Positions 52,035 through 64,000 of a stretch of 64,000 bases of DNA are shown here, piece by piece. This stretch comes from Anthoceros angustus (Eukaryota; Plantae; Anthocerotophyta), in NCBI GenBank assembly GCA_010909165.1, contig MU008176.1, positions 1,126,783 through 1,190,782 on the forward strand, read 5' to 3'. Made by a program: the position numbers and the translations under genes. How positions within the stretch are numbered: the first letter of the stretch is position 1; each line of letters begins with the position of its first letter. The notes beneath the pieces are model-generated. The model was not told where the DNA came from and made no database searches. It was given only the letters and a program-made list of their open reading frames with translations.

Positions 52035-55000
52035 GATCCTTTGATGGGGATCTCTGAATTGTCTCCTAATGACACTGCTGATTTGTGACAGGTTGAAGCA
52101 AGCTGATAAGTCACAAATTGCTTCCGTTGTGCACACATATGGTTAGACGCTCCACTGTCAAGGAACCAGTCGTGTGTGGCACGAGCAGCAGAATTAAGAC
52201 ATGCCACCAACAACCTGGGTGTGGAGGCTCTTGCTACATGCCCTTCTGCCTGCTTGCCCATAGCAGCCTCGTCGGCTTTTCTCTTCCTACAGTCCTTGAT
52301 CCAATGGCCTGGTATGTTACAGTAGTTGCACCTACCGGGCTTCTTACCACCACGAGAGTTGGAGTTGTTTCAAGGCGGAAAAGTGACGATTGTGAGGGTG
52401 ACCAATGACCTGAATAAATCCAAATCCTCCACGACCTCGACCTCTGCCTCTCCCTCTTCCTCGGCCGGAATAAAGGGCAGTGTCAGATTGTTTGTGGAAT
52501 GAGCCTCCTCAACTGCTGGATCACCTTTCATATGCTTCACATTAGCCTCTTGTTATGGCCAGCCCTACTAGCCTTTTGAGCTGATCAAGTTCGTGAGTCG
52601 CGGTCTTGTCGATGTGGGCTGAAGTGTAACCGTCGTTGCAGCCTGCTGGCTCGAGCTCCATTGCTCATAGCTTGGGGGCAAAGCCCGGCAAGCTGTATGG
52701 ACGACTTGGGATCTGAGACGAGGAATGACACCACAAGGCGCCACTGTTTCCGGCGAGCGAAACTTAGTACAAACTGGGCCTCAACACGGACTCGGTTTCC
52801 TTCATTCTCGATTTTGGAAGGTGAGTGTGGAAACGCCACCTCCAGTCATTATGTCTTTGCCTCATATGTGTGGAGAATAGTGACCACACTTCATTTGAGT
52901 ACTTGATAACTTGATGTGAGGAATCATATCTTGAGATACTGATGAGACAAGTATTGTCTTTGCCTTTCTGTCTGACTTGTGCCATGCTTCATCCTCCTTT
53001 TCATTGTCCGGGGAGCGCGGGGATCCACCGGGTGTATGCTTGACACCGGAGGATTTTTCAGCCACTCTTACGGAGCGGTCCCATCTACTATGTCCATCAA
53101 TCGCTTTTTCTTCTAGGATAGTTCTTATCCTAAAGCTCCATGCCGGGGAAATAATTGTGACGATGGCGATCTCTTCTCTTGAAGTCTTTCATTCTGCTGC
53201 TTGCCATGTGGTATTTGGGATAGTATGAGAGAGAGAAAGGCTAGAAGCGGATTAGGGCAACAACTTGCTCCTTAAGCTTCTTCAATATCCTTCATCTGCT
53301 GTTTCTTCAATTCTAAATCAGTTCTTGACTATAGAAGCGTGAGTCACACTCCGTAAATTATCATGTTTCTTGACAGCACTTTCCCAACTCTGTTTAGAAA
53401 TCTCAAAATAAGACTTTTCAGATTCACTACTAAATTAATAAAACTTCAAATTATCTATAGAATCAAGAGAATGATAGGAAATTGGCTTAAAGAGCGGATT
53501 ACTACTCCCATTAAACCTATAGACATATCACAAGAGCAAGGGCATTGTGAAGCAAATTCTGAACTCTGAGAATCAGGCCTATAAGATGAAACGAAGGTTT
53601 TCAAGAAACGTAACCTATCTTCTTGTTGAACAGATGTCAATGCATTTTTGAAATACAATCTTTGGAATTCTTCCTGAAAATTTGACTCTACTATTTGAGG
53701 GATTCTCTTATCCTGTTGATGCACAAGTGATTTAGGTGTTCGCCAGCAGACTAAGTTCTAGGGCACGTTTAAATTTAGGAGTTATTTACTGTAATGCAGC
53801 GTTAAGCGGTTTAAGCGATTGGCTTAGTTTATTCATTAATGTGATTTACAACTTACTATTGTAAGCCTACTTAAGGCGTGTCATGTACACAAGTAAATTA
53901 CTTCTTCTTCATTATTCTCTCTACTTTTAGATGGTATCGAGCGGTAGGCTCGCCCTTCAACCGCCTCCGCGCGCAGCTGGATCTGCAATCCGGAAGCATG
54001 GCGCCCGGCGGACCAGCATCTCAACATAAAGATCCCGGCCTCGGCATGCCTCGGCGCCGCCATCCGGAGTTTTGCGCCACAAGGAGACCCACATAGTGAC
54101 CGGACTTTGCGATTGCACGGATCGCATCACGCACCAGGCGCACCGCTCCACCACCCGCGACCGCGATCTCCACGCATCGCCCGGTGCCGCTCCCAGCACA
54201 TTCGCCACACTCAACACATCGCCATGGGTACGTGCTTACATCGCGCTCTCTCCTGCGGCATTCACCAAGTTCGAGTATTTCAAATTGTTGAATTGCATAG
54301 AGTCGCAACTAGAATAGCATCTAGAAGTGTGCAAGCTTATGATCAAGCGCAAGTAGACTATGTAGACCACTAAATTTGCATCATAGACATGTTTGCTTTT
54401 GATCCATTAGCAGAGGCCAACATCGAGGCGTCGTCGTAGCGATGGCGTTGAATCCACCACCCACCAACACAACATTAAATTTCAACACCACAAAGCTGGA
54501 TTTGAGAGCGTGATCGCTTCACGAAGCGACTCGACATTTGAGATAAGGATCCAAGCCTTGCTCGAGGAGCACGACCTTATGGGCGTCGTGACGGTACACA
54601 CCCTAAGCCATCCACAACATCAAACCCACCAGCAACTCCGGATGAAATTGCAGGATGGGAGAAGAGTGACAACGAGCCCGCAACATTCTTATTTGGCAAT
54701 CGATAAGAATATGTTACAACATACACATGGCCAGGCAACTTCAAACGGCATCTGGAACACCTTCAATGAGATGTTCCAAGCCCAAAGTTCAATGTCACTA
54801 GTAAATGCAACACGTCAATTTTACTCATTGAGAATGAAAGAATCTCATAGTGTTGAACAGCACGTACATAACTTTAGGTCCGCAAGGGCCAAGTTATCCA
54901 CCAGCGGCACGACCCTCACAGAACTGCAAGCAGCAGTCGCTCTTCTAACCTCCTTGCCTGGTTCATACAGAACATTCGTCAGTTCTCAAAACACAGTGCT

Positions 55001-58000
55001 CAGACAAAGCGGCTGGCGGAGGTTCGGCACCACACTTACGAAGTTGTTGCAGCCCTTCTCGAAGAAGAATCCAGCGAATAGGCACTTCACGCCCAACACG
55101 GAGCCAATCACGTGCTCTTTGCATCACGAGGCCGTGGTGCAAGGCGGCGTTTTAGACCCGGTTTTCCTCGCGGAAGCCCTTTGGTCGATTCAAGACCTTC
55201 TTTCGGTGCGGGTCCAAGGCAACCACAAAGCGAGTGAGAGGAGCATGGCGGTGCAAAATCATTGGGCACTATGAAAGCGAATGCGTAAGAAGATGTCGGT
55301 GAACCTCGTCGAGGGCAGTCCAAGGCGAGTCACATGTCACCACAACCAACAAAAGCCGCAGAAATTCAATATTGGCGTATGCCTTACACTTACGAGGGCA
55401 GATCCTCATCGATGGTTCCTCGACTCGAGCTACCACCCATATTTGCGCATCGACATGTTCAACTCATACCATCAAGTATTATCAACACGTCTTGCTCGGA
55501 GATGACGGTGCATTACCCATCGGGTCGAGATATCAAGCTACGGCAAGCGGAGAAACACTCCTCATTAGCGGAGTTACGTCCCAACAATGACAAAGAATTT
55601 GCTATCGGTCCATAAGCTAGCGAGCATGACTGGTAATCACATTACGGTAACCACGCACCATTAGCCATGCAAAAGATCCCGACCACAGCCCTTGCTCACG
55701 GCTTACCTTACAATGACTTGTACTTGCTGAACATTCAATCCCACTCATCTTTGTCGGTGATGCTCTCCGAGAACAAAACAAAACAAATTCCCTACTATAG
55801 CAGTCTGGTCACATGAACCCGAGGTATTTGAACTCATTTGCCAATCCGCAGTATACGAGATCCAATTAAACTTCATGTACAACAGGACTTTTCGAAATCA
55901 GTAAGTACACCAAACTAAATCAAGCGCCATTCAATGACCTCAACCTACCGGGGCTAGAAGACTTGAAGTCATACATTACATTTGTGGTCCCATGAGTACA
56001 GTTTCCTTGGAGGACACTCATACTTCCTCACCTTCATGGACGAGTGGAGTAGGTATACCCATATATACTTCTTGAAGCATAAGAGCGAAGCTTTTGATTA
56101 CCGAGAGTTCCTCACCAGTAGAACGCCAAACCGGCTTCCTAGTTGGCACCTGCGAGCAGACAATGCGGTGAATACACAAGCCAGGCCTTTCGGTCCTTCG
56201 AACTCAAGGGCATCCTCGGGCAACTTACCGTTCCTCATACTCCTGCAAAACCCCGCAGAGGTTCAGATCCATACTTGAAATCTCTAGATCCCTTCTCAAA
56301 CTAGCGGTCTAACAAAGGGATCTTTGGCGGGGCAGTCTCCACCGCAACCTACCTTAAGAATAGACTACCAACCAAAGACTCCCAAACATCACACCTTACG
56401 AAGATGGACGGCAATAAACCAAGAATTTCACACTTACGTATCTTTGGGAGTCCTTTTGCCCATATAGCGGATGTCAATCGTGAGTGGGGGAAAACTCCTG
56501 CTCATAGGGTACTCGGATCAAGTTAAAGCCTATAGGTTATTCGACCCCTCTGAGAGAGAGGTCATTCACTCTAGAAGTGCACATTTTAATGAGGGCAACG
56601 TTCTTCACCATTACCTCACGGTACCCAAAGCTACCCCTTCCGATGCGGCCCTTTATGGACACCTTCCGATTCCCTCTTGATCTTGAGGGGCCCACTACGA
56701 CCGGATGATCTACAATCTCAAGTCGTGAATCAAATTTTCCATCCAGTCCTGCACCCATTGTCCAACCGGCATCGATCTGACCCATCCTTCTTCCGATCGG
56801 CCACACCGGCCCGACAGTGCCCACTAGGGTCGACCACAACTCACCCACCAACCTCCATTCAAGTCGGCACAGTGGCGAACTCCTAGGTATTCCCGAACCT
56901 CACTCACCACTGCGCACAGGCAACTCCCAGACGATCATCTCGACATAGGCCTCCCGAGGGGCAGATGGAAGGAGCCCCCATATGTACCGGAGATATCCTC
57001 ATACAAAGACAAATTTTGCAGACGCACTGCGGACACACAAGCAAGTTCAAATAGCTCTTCATCAAGCATTATCGGCAATCGAAATGCAAGGAGTCCCACT
57101 CACAATAGAAGAGGCTTTCAATCTCAGTGGACAGCGGTACCAAAAGATGAGTATGACTCTCTTATAGCAAATAAGACTTGGGAACGATAGACTTGCCTCA
57201 GTAAAGCCCATATCCGCAAATGGACATTTTGGAGGAAGCTCAACCCGACCACGGTGTCAAGATACGAGGGCGGTGGCGGAGGTTTCACTCAGATCCCAGG
57301 TTCGATTATGAGGAGAATCATCTGCAGCCCAGTTGTCAAATCAACTTCCATTCGAACTCTTCGCCTTTGCTGCACATCACCACCTCGACATTCATCAAGT
57401 CGGCGTAAAACAGCATTCTTATCACGGAACACTCAACGAGGAAATCTATATGTTGCAACCACGGGGTTCGCGAAGGATAACAAGAAGGTTTGCCGACTCT
57501 TGAAGTCACCATGGTCTCAACAATAGCTCAAGTATGGAACGAGACCGTAGATCATTACTTGAAAAATGCGGATTTGTTCCCTAGCTGGCGACTCAAGTGT
57601 TTACCTCATGAGAGATGGGGAGAAGTTCGCCATTGTGACACTCGTCGGACGACAATTTCGTCTTGAAATGATTCAGCGTTCATACAGGTAAAAGACCTTT
57701 TATCCAAGGAGTCTGAAGTTTCGACCTTGGGCGGTAATCACGCCCTCGGCACAATTTGAGAGAGACCCTAAGAACCACACGTTCTTCATACATCAAGCAC
57801 ACTATGTGGAGCAACTTCACGGAGCGATTCAATCTCAAAGACGCATAAAGCCTGCCGCAACACCCATAGCGGCCGGTGATAAAGTGTCGTGAGAACGCCC
57901 TACCACACTAGAGGAGCGTGAAGGAGATGATCAACATACCATATAGCGAGGCGAGGAAGTATTACTTATCTATATGGACTCGACGGACGGCTGGCTCAGT

Positions 58001-59525
58001 CAACATTGCTTCGATATCATCAACCACAGGTGGCACCTGGACACATGTTAAGCGCATTTTGAGAGATATCCGAAAGGCACCAAGACGCTCGGACTTTACT
58101 ACAAAGGTGACCCTAAACACAAACTTACACTCACTTCTTTCTCGGATCAGGTGAGACCCAGACGCCGTCGATCCACAGTGTCGTATGATGATGAATGGAG
58201 GATGCATTTCATGGGCGTGTAAGAAGATGCACTATGCCTCTCTTCAACGAGGCGAATACGCAACCTCACCGGCGAAGAAATCTGTGGATCGGACAATTCA
58301 CGAAAGACATTGGAGAGGAGCGACGCCCCACAATTCTTGATGACAATCATCATAGCTATGACTTTGAACCCCGTTTGCACGCACGGACTAAGCACGTAGA
58401 AATTGACGCACCACTTTATTAGGCAAGTAGTCGCTAGTAAGCAAGTAGCAGCAGATGTAAACACAACGATAACACGCGCATCTCATGACCAAGGGATTGT
58501 CGACATCCATGAAAGGCACGCATGTGGTATTGGACTTATAAGCAAGGAGACTTATCTAGGTTCGGTCCGCCTGAGGCGACAAGGGAGCTCAAGATCGGCA
58601 ATGAGGAAGAGGAGTCTTCGTGACGTTGAACATCCATCTTCACCGACCAACAGGTTTATATCACCGCAGAGGTGTTGATGCGCGATCATGAACTCTTCCA
58701 TATCGACGTCTTCCCAAGCCGCATGTGATGCTCAGTCCTTTTCAGGGACTTCTTGAATCACTCTGCGCCTGGAACTTGATTCGTTCGAGACTTGCGATCT
58801 TGTCGCTCACGATCGGTGACTCATGAACAAGGAACCACCGGATGCTTGATAAGATGCTCGGCAGAACGGAGGAGCAGCGTGCGATATGGCGACCATCCGA
58901 GCTTCACGGCCTTAGAACCAAGTCAGCGAGGAGTGTTGATGCACAAGTGATTTAGGTGTTCGTGACTAAGTTCTAGGGCACGTTTCATTAGGGTTATTTA
59001 CTTGTCGCTTAGCGGTTTAAGCATTGGCTTAACGGTTATTCATTAATGTGATTACAACTTACTATTGTAAGCCTACTTAAGGCGTGTCATGTACACAAGT
59101 AAATTACTTCTTCTTCATTATTCTCTCTACTTTTAGATATCCTTCATAGCCCTACCATCATCTAGCCACGATTGCCGGCAGATATTTGTCTGCGAGGCAT
59201 CGTGCTATCTGTTAGAGAAGAAAGCTATGCATTTTCTTTATGCAAGATCAAGAATATACAAAATTCATATCAAAATATAAGATTTGATCAGCAGAATTTT
59301 TTGGACCCTTGTGAGCAGATTGAACTCTGCTCTGATACCATGTTAATTTATATGGTAATCATGTGAACTAACAAAGCAAACACACGAAGACCACAAATGC
59401 AACACAAGCATTTTAATTAAAACAAGAGCACAAAGTGTATATGTTCTAAAACTAACAAGTAACCGTCATAACTACCACTAGCCCTAAATATAGTAATGTA
59501 CCTAAACTAAATAATATATTTAACA
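52035..59525 (-). mobile_element. 5' part of a minus-strand Copia (5' LTR, PBS, leader, gag, PR), truncated after PR and interrupted by a nested Copia
   Basis: LTR tgttaa...ttaaca at 59341-59525. PBS gctctgatacca (reverse complement of TGGTATCAGAGC) at 59329-59340. gag WSFRIRTILEEK, CNYCNIPGHWIKDC and PR WFLDSGASNHMC at 53230-52035. Confidence 0.88.
53714..59137 (+). mobile_element. Full-length nested Ty1/Copia with TG...GA LTRs and a perfect TATCC TSD
   Basis: LTRs at 53714-53931 and 58934-59137. PBS tggtatcgagc at 53932. PPT agcgaggag at 58925-58933. TSD tatcc at 53709-53713 and 59138-59142. Degraded gag (FEIRIQALLEEHDL), WFLDS, YFLTFMDEWSRY, RTKHVEI. Confidence 0.92.
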
Positions 59526-60635
59526 CTTTCCAGCTCAAATACTGCCATTCACTGTGCTTCACACCTCCTCCACCTCTGCAAGCCGGAGAGGCTCTTTCTC
59601 CAGCTTCATGACTCTACGTAGATCCGCCTTGAAGGAGTCTGCCTCTCTTTCCACTTCCCCGGGAGTTAGAATCTCAGTGGTCTCCTTCGCCTTTCAACTC
59701 CCGACGACATTTTCTTCCAAACTCGAGTCATGATCAGGCCTGAGATCCCCTAGCTCCCCTAGTGCTTGCTTCCATCTCCTCATCTCCGATTATGCGCTGG
59801 GCTGTTTGCCTGACGTCATGCCCGCCTTCAGCTTGCTGCGGCTGCCGCTCCTGCCGGCCTCCTCCACCCGGAAGAGTGGTCCTTGTCTTGGCAGAGGCCT
59901 CCGCCTCTCTTGCCCCCTTCAGCTAAGCCTCCAGCCTCCGGGCTCTGGCTCACTCCTCGTGCATTCTTCTACCAACCTTGGCCCCTTCTCCGCCGACGTG
60001 CTTCCTCCGCCTTTCCCACGCCACTTCCCTTCTCTGGCTGTGTCCTTCCGCTGCTGCCTGCCTCTGAGCGTGTTTCAGCTGCTCGCATTAGCCGAGCACT
60101 GCCCCAATCTCTTGGGTGGACCTTTGCCTCTGTTACTGTGGCCAGGTGGCTTACGCCTCCCGACTTCATGCGAGGGACTCATCCTCTTGGCGGCTTGCCA
60201 GCTCAGCGACCTTGGAGCCTGGGCCCATTTCGCTCTTGGGGTGTGCTCTCCACTTCTTAGGTCTTCTCCACGTCCCAGAGTCCCTGAGCATGCCGGCCCA
60301 TGACGGCCGCCGCTTTAAAACCGCCTCTCCACTTCCAACAAGCACTGCGAGACTCCCAAGCATAGTCCGCCAAGGCGAGGCTCCCTCCTGTTCGTTAGAT
60401 TGGGACCGCCATGTCACATAGCCCGAGTGAGTTCGGGACAGGGAACTCCGACCCAACCGTGACCAGCAAATTTAGGTCGATCTCTGGCCCGGACGCGGCT
60501 TCCACCTCCTTGGCTCTTTTGCGCCAACTCCTTCTTCGCACGCTCTTGGCTTAGGTCCCGGCAATAGGCGAGTCCGGAGCTGGCCATCTTCCTCCGTAGG
60601 GAGAGCAGGGACCGGCTCAGGGTGGGGTTGCACAA
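59526..60635 (-). other. Unidentified degraded ORF, probably TE accessory sequence, divergent from the 60676 segment
   Basis: MASSGLAYCRDLSQERAKKEL..., then W-rich and charged frames. A minus-strand TATA-like ctataaata lies at ~60739-60747. Confidence 0.3.
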
Positions 60636-60675
60636 TGAGACGACCGACTTGCAGAAACTCGTTGGGACGCGGCTC

Positions 60676-63138
60676 GAAGTGTTTTTTTTGTTTTTGGGAT
60701 CTGTGGTGTGAAAATAAGTCGGGTTGGTAGTAGGCAGGTATTTATAGAAGAAATGCCTTGGCCTATGGATTCTTTTCTTGTTTTGATTTTTAAGTTAGAA
60801 AATAAATGGTCCGGAATTTGGTGTTCCTTGGCCCATGGACTGGAATGTTCAAAAAGTCTATATATGTGAGATAGGGGGTTGGAATAATTAGAGTGTGATA
60901 GGTCTATAAGTTGGGGTCGACAAGCGGCAGAATGAATGAGTGTGGGGTTGTGGATTGGGATGTGGAAGCTGAGAGTCGAACAGAGTAGGGGAACCCGGGA
61001 AACTTAACCCTAGGAATGATGTAATCCTGCTCAAACAACGGAGCGCAACGGCCGGACGGAGCGAGCGGAGCGACGACACAAGCGCGACGTCGAGGAGTGG
61101 TCCGGGGCACCGCGATCGCAGGGGCGCGAGGCGCAACGACGAAGGGAAGGAGCTCAACCCCCACATATCGCGAGGCGCGCGCAGAGGAGGAAGGCGCGAT
61201 GGCGCCTCCTGCCGAGGAGGTAGGAACTCGAGACCGACTGTGAAATTCGCAGCGAGGTGGTTTGTGGCGCGAGACCAGAAGACCGTGAGAGGGATGGCGC
61301 CAAGGTCACCACCGAATTGTGTTGCCCAATGGCCGAACATGGATCATTGGAAAGTTGGGAGTCGGTGAAGGAGTCAAGGGTTTCATGGAAGAGCGGTGGA
61401 ATTACATGAACTGACTGTGCAGGAGTGTGCGCACACAAGGACAAATACCAAAGCGGGATTTAGAGCGGGCAGGATTGGGACCGGAGCCGGTTAGAAGGTG
61501 GGCGGGCGCAAGAAGGAGGAGGCGGTTGGTGATGGAGCTGCCCAGAAAAGAAGCACGGCAAGAAGCACCGCCCGTTAAAGCGGGCGACCATGAACCCAAC
61601 GGCCGGTTGACGAGGGATTTGGCAACAACAGCAGCTTGATGGGTCCGCCAGTGGCTATGTTTCGCAAAGACAAGAAGCGTGATTATTTGTCCGACCACTG
61701 CCGCCGCCTTCATGAAGTGGTCAAGGCGAAGATCGAAGCGAATTCTCTACAAGTTGTGTGAAGAGAGGTTGAACTGATTTCTCCTCGCCGCCTCTCTAAT
61801 CTCACCATTTCGTCCATCTTTATGTTTACGCTAACTGCCCCGCCAGAGGTGGAGATTGTAGCCTCCTCCACATGTGGAAGCTTAGGGAGGTGAATGGAAG
61901 GCGGAGGAGCCCAAGGAGGAAAAATCGGATAGCCGGGAGCCTGGCGACAGCGCCTGGAGGAGGAGAAGGAAATTCCCACCAAAGAAAAGGAGGAAGACCG
62001 GGGTGAAGGCGGCATCTCGGATGCGGAGGCCACTGTGTCAAAAACGGCGCCAAGGCTAGAAAATGAAAGCCAAACGGTTGGAGGTGGCGAAGAGGAGGCG
62101 CGATCCGAGGACAATCCGACCGGATGCGATGATGAATCAACTCCGAGGGTTTAGGGTCGACCTCGAGCGGACCCTCCTCAAAGATGGGAAGAGATTTTCA
62201 AGGGACTCCACCGGCAACAGGTGGATGCAACCGAATTGGTGAGGGTGCGACCTTGCCGGGGAGGAAAGTTCTCGAGGAGGGATGGCGCGGGCCGCCACAA
62301 CAAGTGGACTTGTGAGCCGACCACGCCGATGATCCGCCCAAGCGGTTGGATCAAGCGGCTTTAGCTCTCACCGCTCAGGTGCGACGGAGGAAGTGGTGAA
62401 GGCCAGTTTGATTAAGAGGAGGCCAAGCGCAAGCAATTGGAGGAAGACAAGGAACCTAGAGGAAATAAGGGCCAAGATTCAAGAAGATTTGTGCAGGCCT
62501 GTGGAGAAGTTGCAAGCCATGACGAGCCGCAGGAAGCACTCATGGCTCAAATTAAGGATGCCCACGACGAACCAGAGATGCAGGGGGAGTTGTTGCAGCC
62601 CAGAGCGTGAGGCGGCCTCGGAAAAGGCCCATAAGCTAGCGGAGCGATATAAGGGGAGCGGATGAGGCACGTGGCGGGCCAAAAGACAAAGGGAAGGGGA
62701 AGCGGGTAGCGTGACCACGATCGAGTAGCGAAGGACCTACCGAGCGGAAGGAAGCAACCGAGGTAGCCGAAACCTCACCTACCGGTTGCCGAACGAACGA
62801 CGGTGGAGTCCATCAGTCGAAACCGCTACATTGGCGCAACCAACCCGGCAGGGGCGACAGGCGACGTGGCGCCTCGCGAGGACATAGGCCAACTGTGTAG
62901 CCTACGGAGGAGGGGTAAGCACCTCACCGCAGCAGGGGTCCGGCGACATGGATGAGGAAACTTATGTGCCCGGGTCTATATGTGAATGGAGAACGCGGCT
63001 TAACCTCACCCCATGTGCGGTGGAAATAGGAGGGATCGTGGCCTACCTCGCAAGTGAGGACCAAGTGCATACTTCTACCATCGCGCCTGTGGGGGTTGGC
63101 TCTATTATGGAGGCGACTTTGGAGGAGTTGAGCGGGTA
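60676..63138 (+). mobile_element. Second copy of the 40.4-42.9 kb accessory-ORF segment
   Basis: Colinear match from gaagtgtttttttt (40399 / 60677) to ggaggagttgagcg (~42867 / ~63134), including MDEETYVPG. Confidence 0.85.
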
Positions 63139-63139
63139 G

Positions 63140-63480
63140 GCTTCTTGTCACGAGGTGACCTGCAAATTGTGTGTGTAGGTCAAGTTTGGTCTTAGAAGTA
63201 GGGACGAAATCGCGTGTGAACCAGGGGGTCCCCGGGCGCCTGGTAGGCTCTCGCCGAGGTGACCGCAATTGTGTCGCGGGTCGAGGATTGGCGATTTTCA
63301 AGCAAAGGCAAGTGGTGCACTGAGAGGGAGAGTAGTGGGCGCCTTGCTTGTTTAGAAGGTCGAGAAGTGTGTCATCGCAGTAGCGATTGGGCATCACGAC
63401 CTCGAACTTTCACACAAGTCTCATGGGACGAAACCCAACGCACGGGCGACAAAGGGGATAAGTGTGGCCGCTTATAGTGG
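63140..63480 (+). mobile_element. Inverted copy of the Gypsy 3' region 36847-37150
   Basis: ttagaagtagggacgaaat, cgccttgcttgtttagaagg, ctttcacacaagtctcatgggacgaaacc and gataagtgtggccgct are reverse complements of sequences in 36847-37145. Confidence 0.8.
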
Positions 63481-64000
63481 AGGACTCGGGAGTGCCCCGG
63501 ATTCTCCCACCACTTGTCTATGTCGTGTTTATCCGTGCCGTGATTGCAAGCTCGTAACATCGCACACGATCGTATCAGAATTTGCCTTCGTGAACGTGGC
63601 AAGCTTGATTGGTGGAGTCTATCGAATTCAAAAGCGAGAAACGATGCATATCTCATAATTGTATGTGTAGGGCTATATGTTAACAATCATATACCTATGA
63701 TCGTATGTCCCTACTTCATATGTGTGTATCTAATAGAGGACGGGTTTCATAAGCAAACTTTTGAAATGAAAGCATAATACCGCTAATGCACCATGGCACA
63801 AATGTCACAACCTACTTATGACGGTGGAATGAAAAACAGAGCAAAACGATCGCTGTAAAAGGACCTCTCGCACCGACGGTGTGTAGTTGAATTGCGTTCA
63901 CCGCTAATTGGCCACGTGTGGATTTAAACTATCGAACTAGAACAAGATGTGCATATAGTTGGGTAATGTGGCAGGTATAGTTTAGTTTAGATCGAATAGT

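Noticed and set aside
63480-64000. Possible gene or TE start at the window end
   Set aside because: No recognisable motif or sustained ORF.

Overview
Eukaryotic, repeat-dense land-plant nuclear DNA, with no prokaryotic features. Short introns and the style of the PPR motifs suggest a lycophyte such as Selaginella (inference). Region 2.4-16.9 kb is a tandem array with a period of about 5.65 kb: TrpRS - PPR - TrpRS - PPR - TrpRS. The three multi-exon organellar tryptophanyl-tRNA synthetase copies are on + (copies 1 and 2 pseudogenised, copy 3 probably intact). The two truncated PLS-class PPR pseudogenes are on -, head-to-head with the next TrpRS copy. The rest is a nest of transposable elements: a PIF/Harbinger element (transposase, Myb/trihelix gene, ~50-unit TAT microsatellite); a complete Ty1/Copia element with TA...CA LTRs (19963-31149); fragments of non-chromovirus Ty3/Gypsy elements with an extra ORF after pol; a minus-strand Copia with a complete TG...GA Copia nested inside it (53714-59137); and two copies of an unclassified accessory-ORF segment (40.4-44.1 kb and 60.7-63.1 kb). 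The most interesting signal is the accessory genes of the retrotransposons. Antisense ORFs lie next to the PPT in two clear Copia families and one probable one (one has an AT-hook-like motif). ORFs lie upstream of gag in two Copia elements. A Gypsy extra-ORF family shares a CTATATATG core, with CCTTGGCC motifs in two of three families, that may be an internal promoter. Many local duplications and homopolymer indels look like long-read assembly noise, so frameshift-based pseudogene calls need read-level checks.
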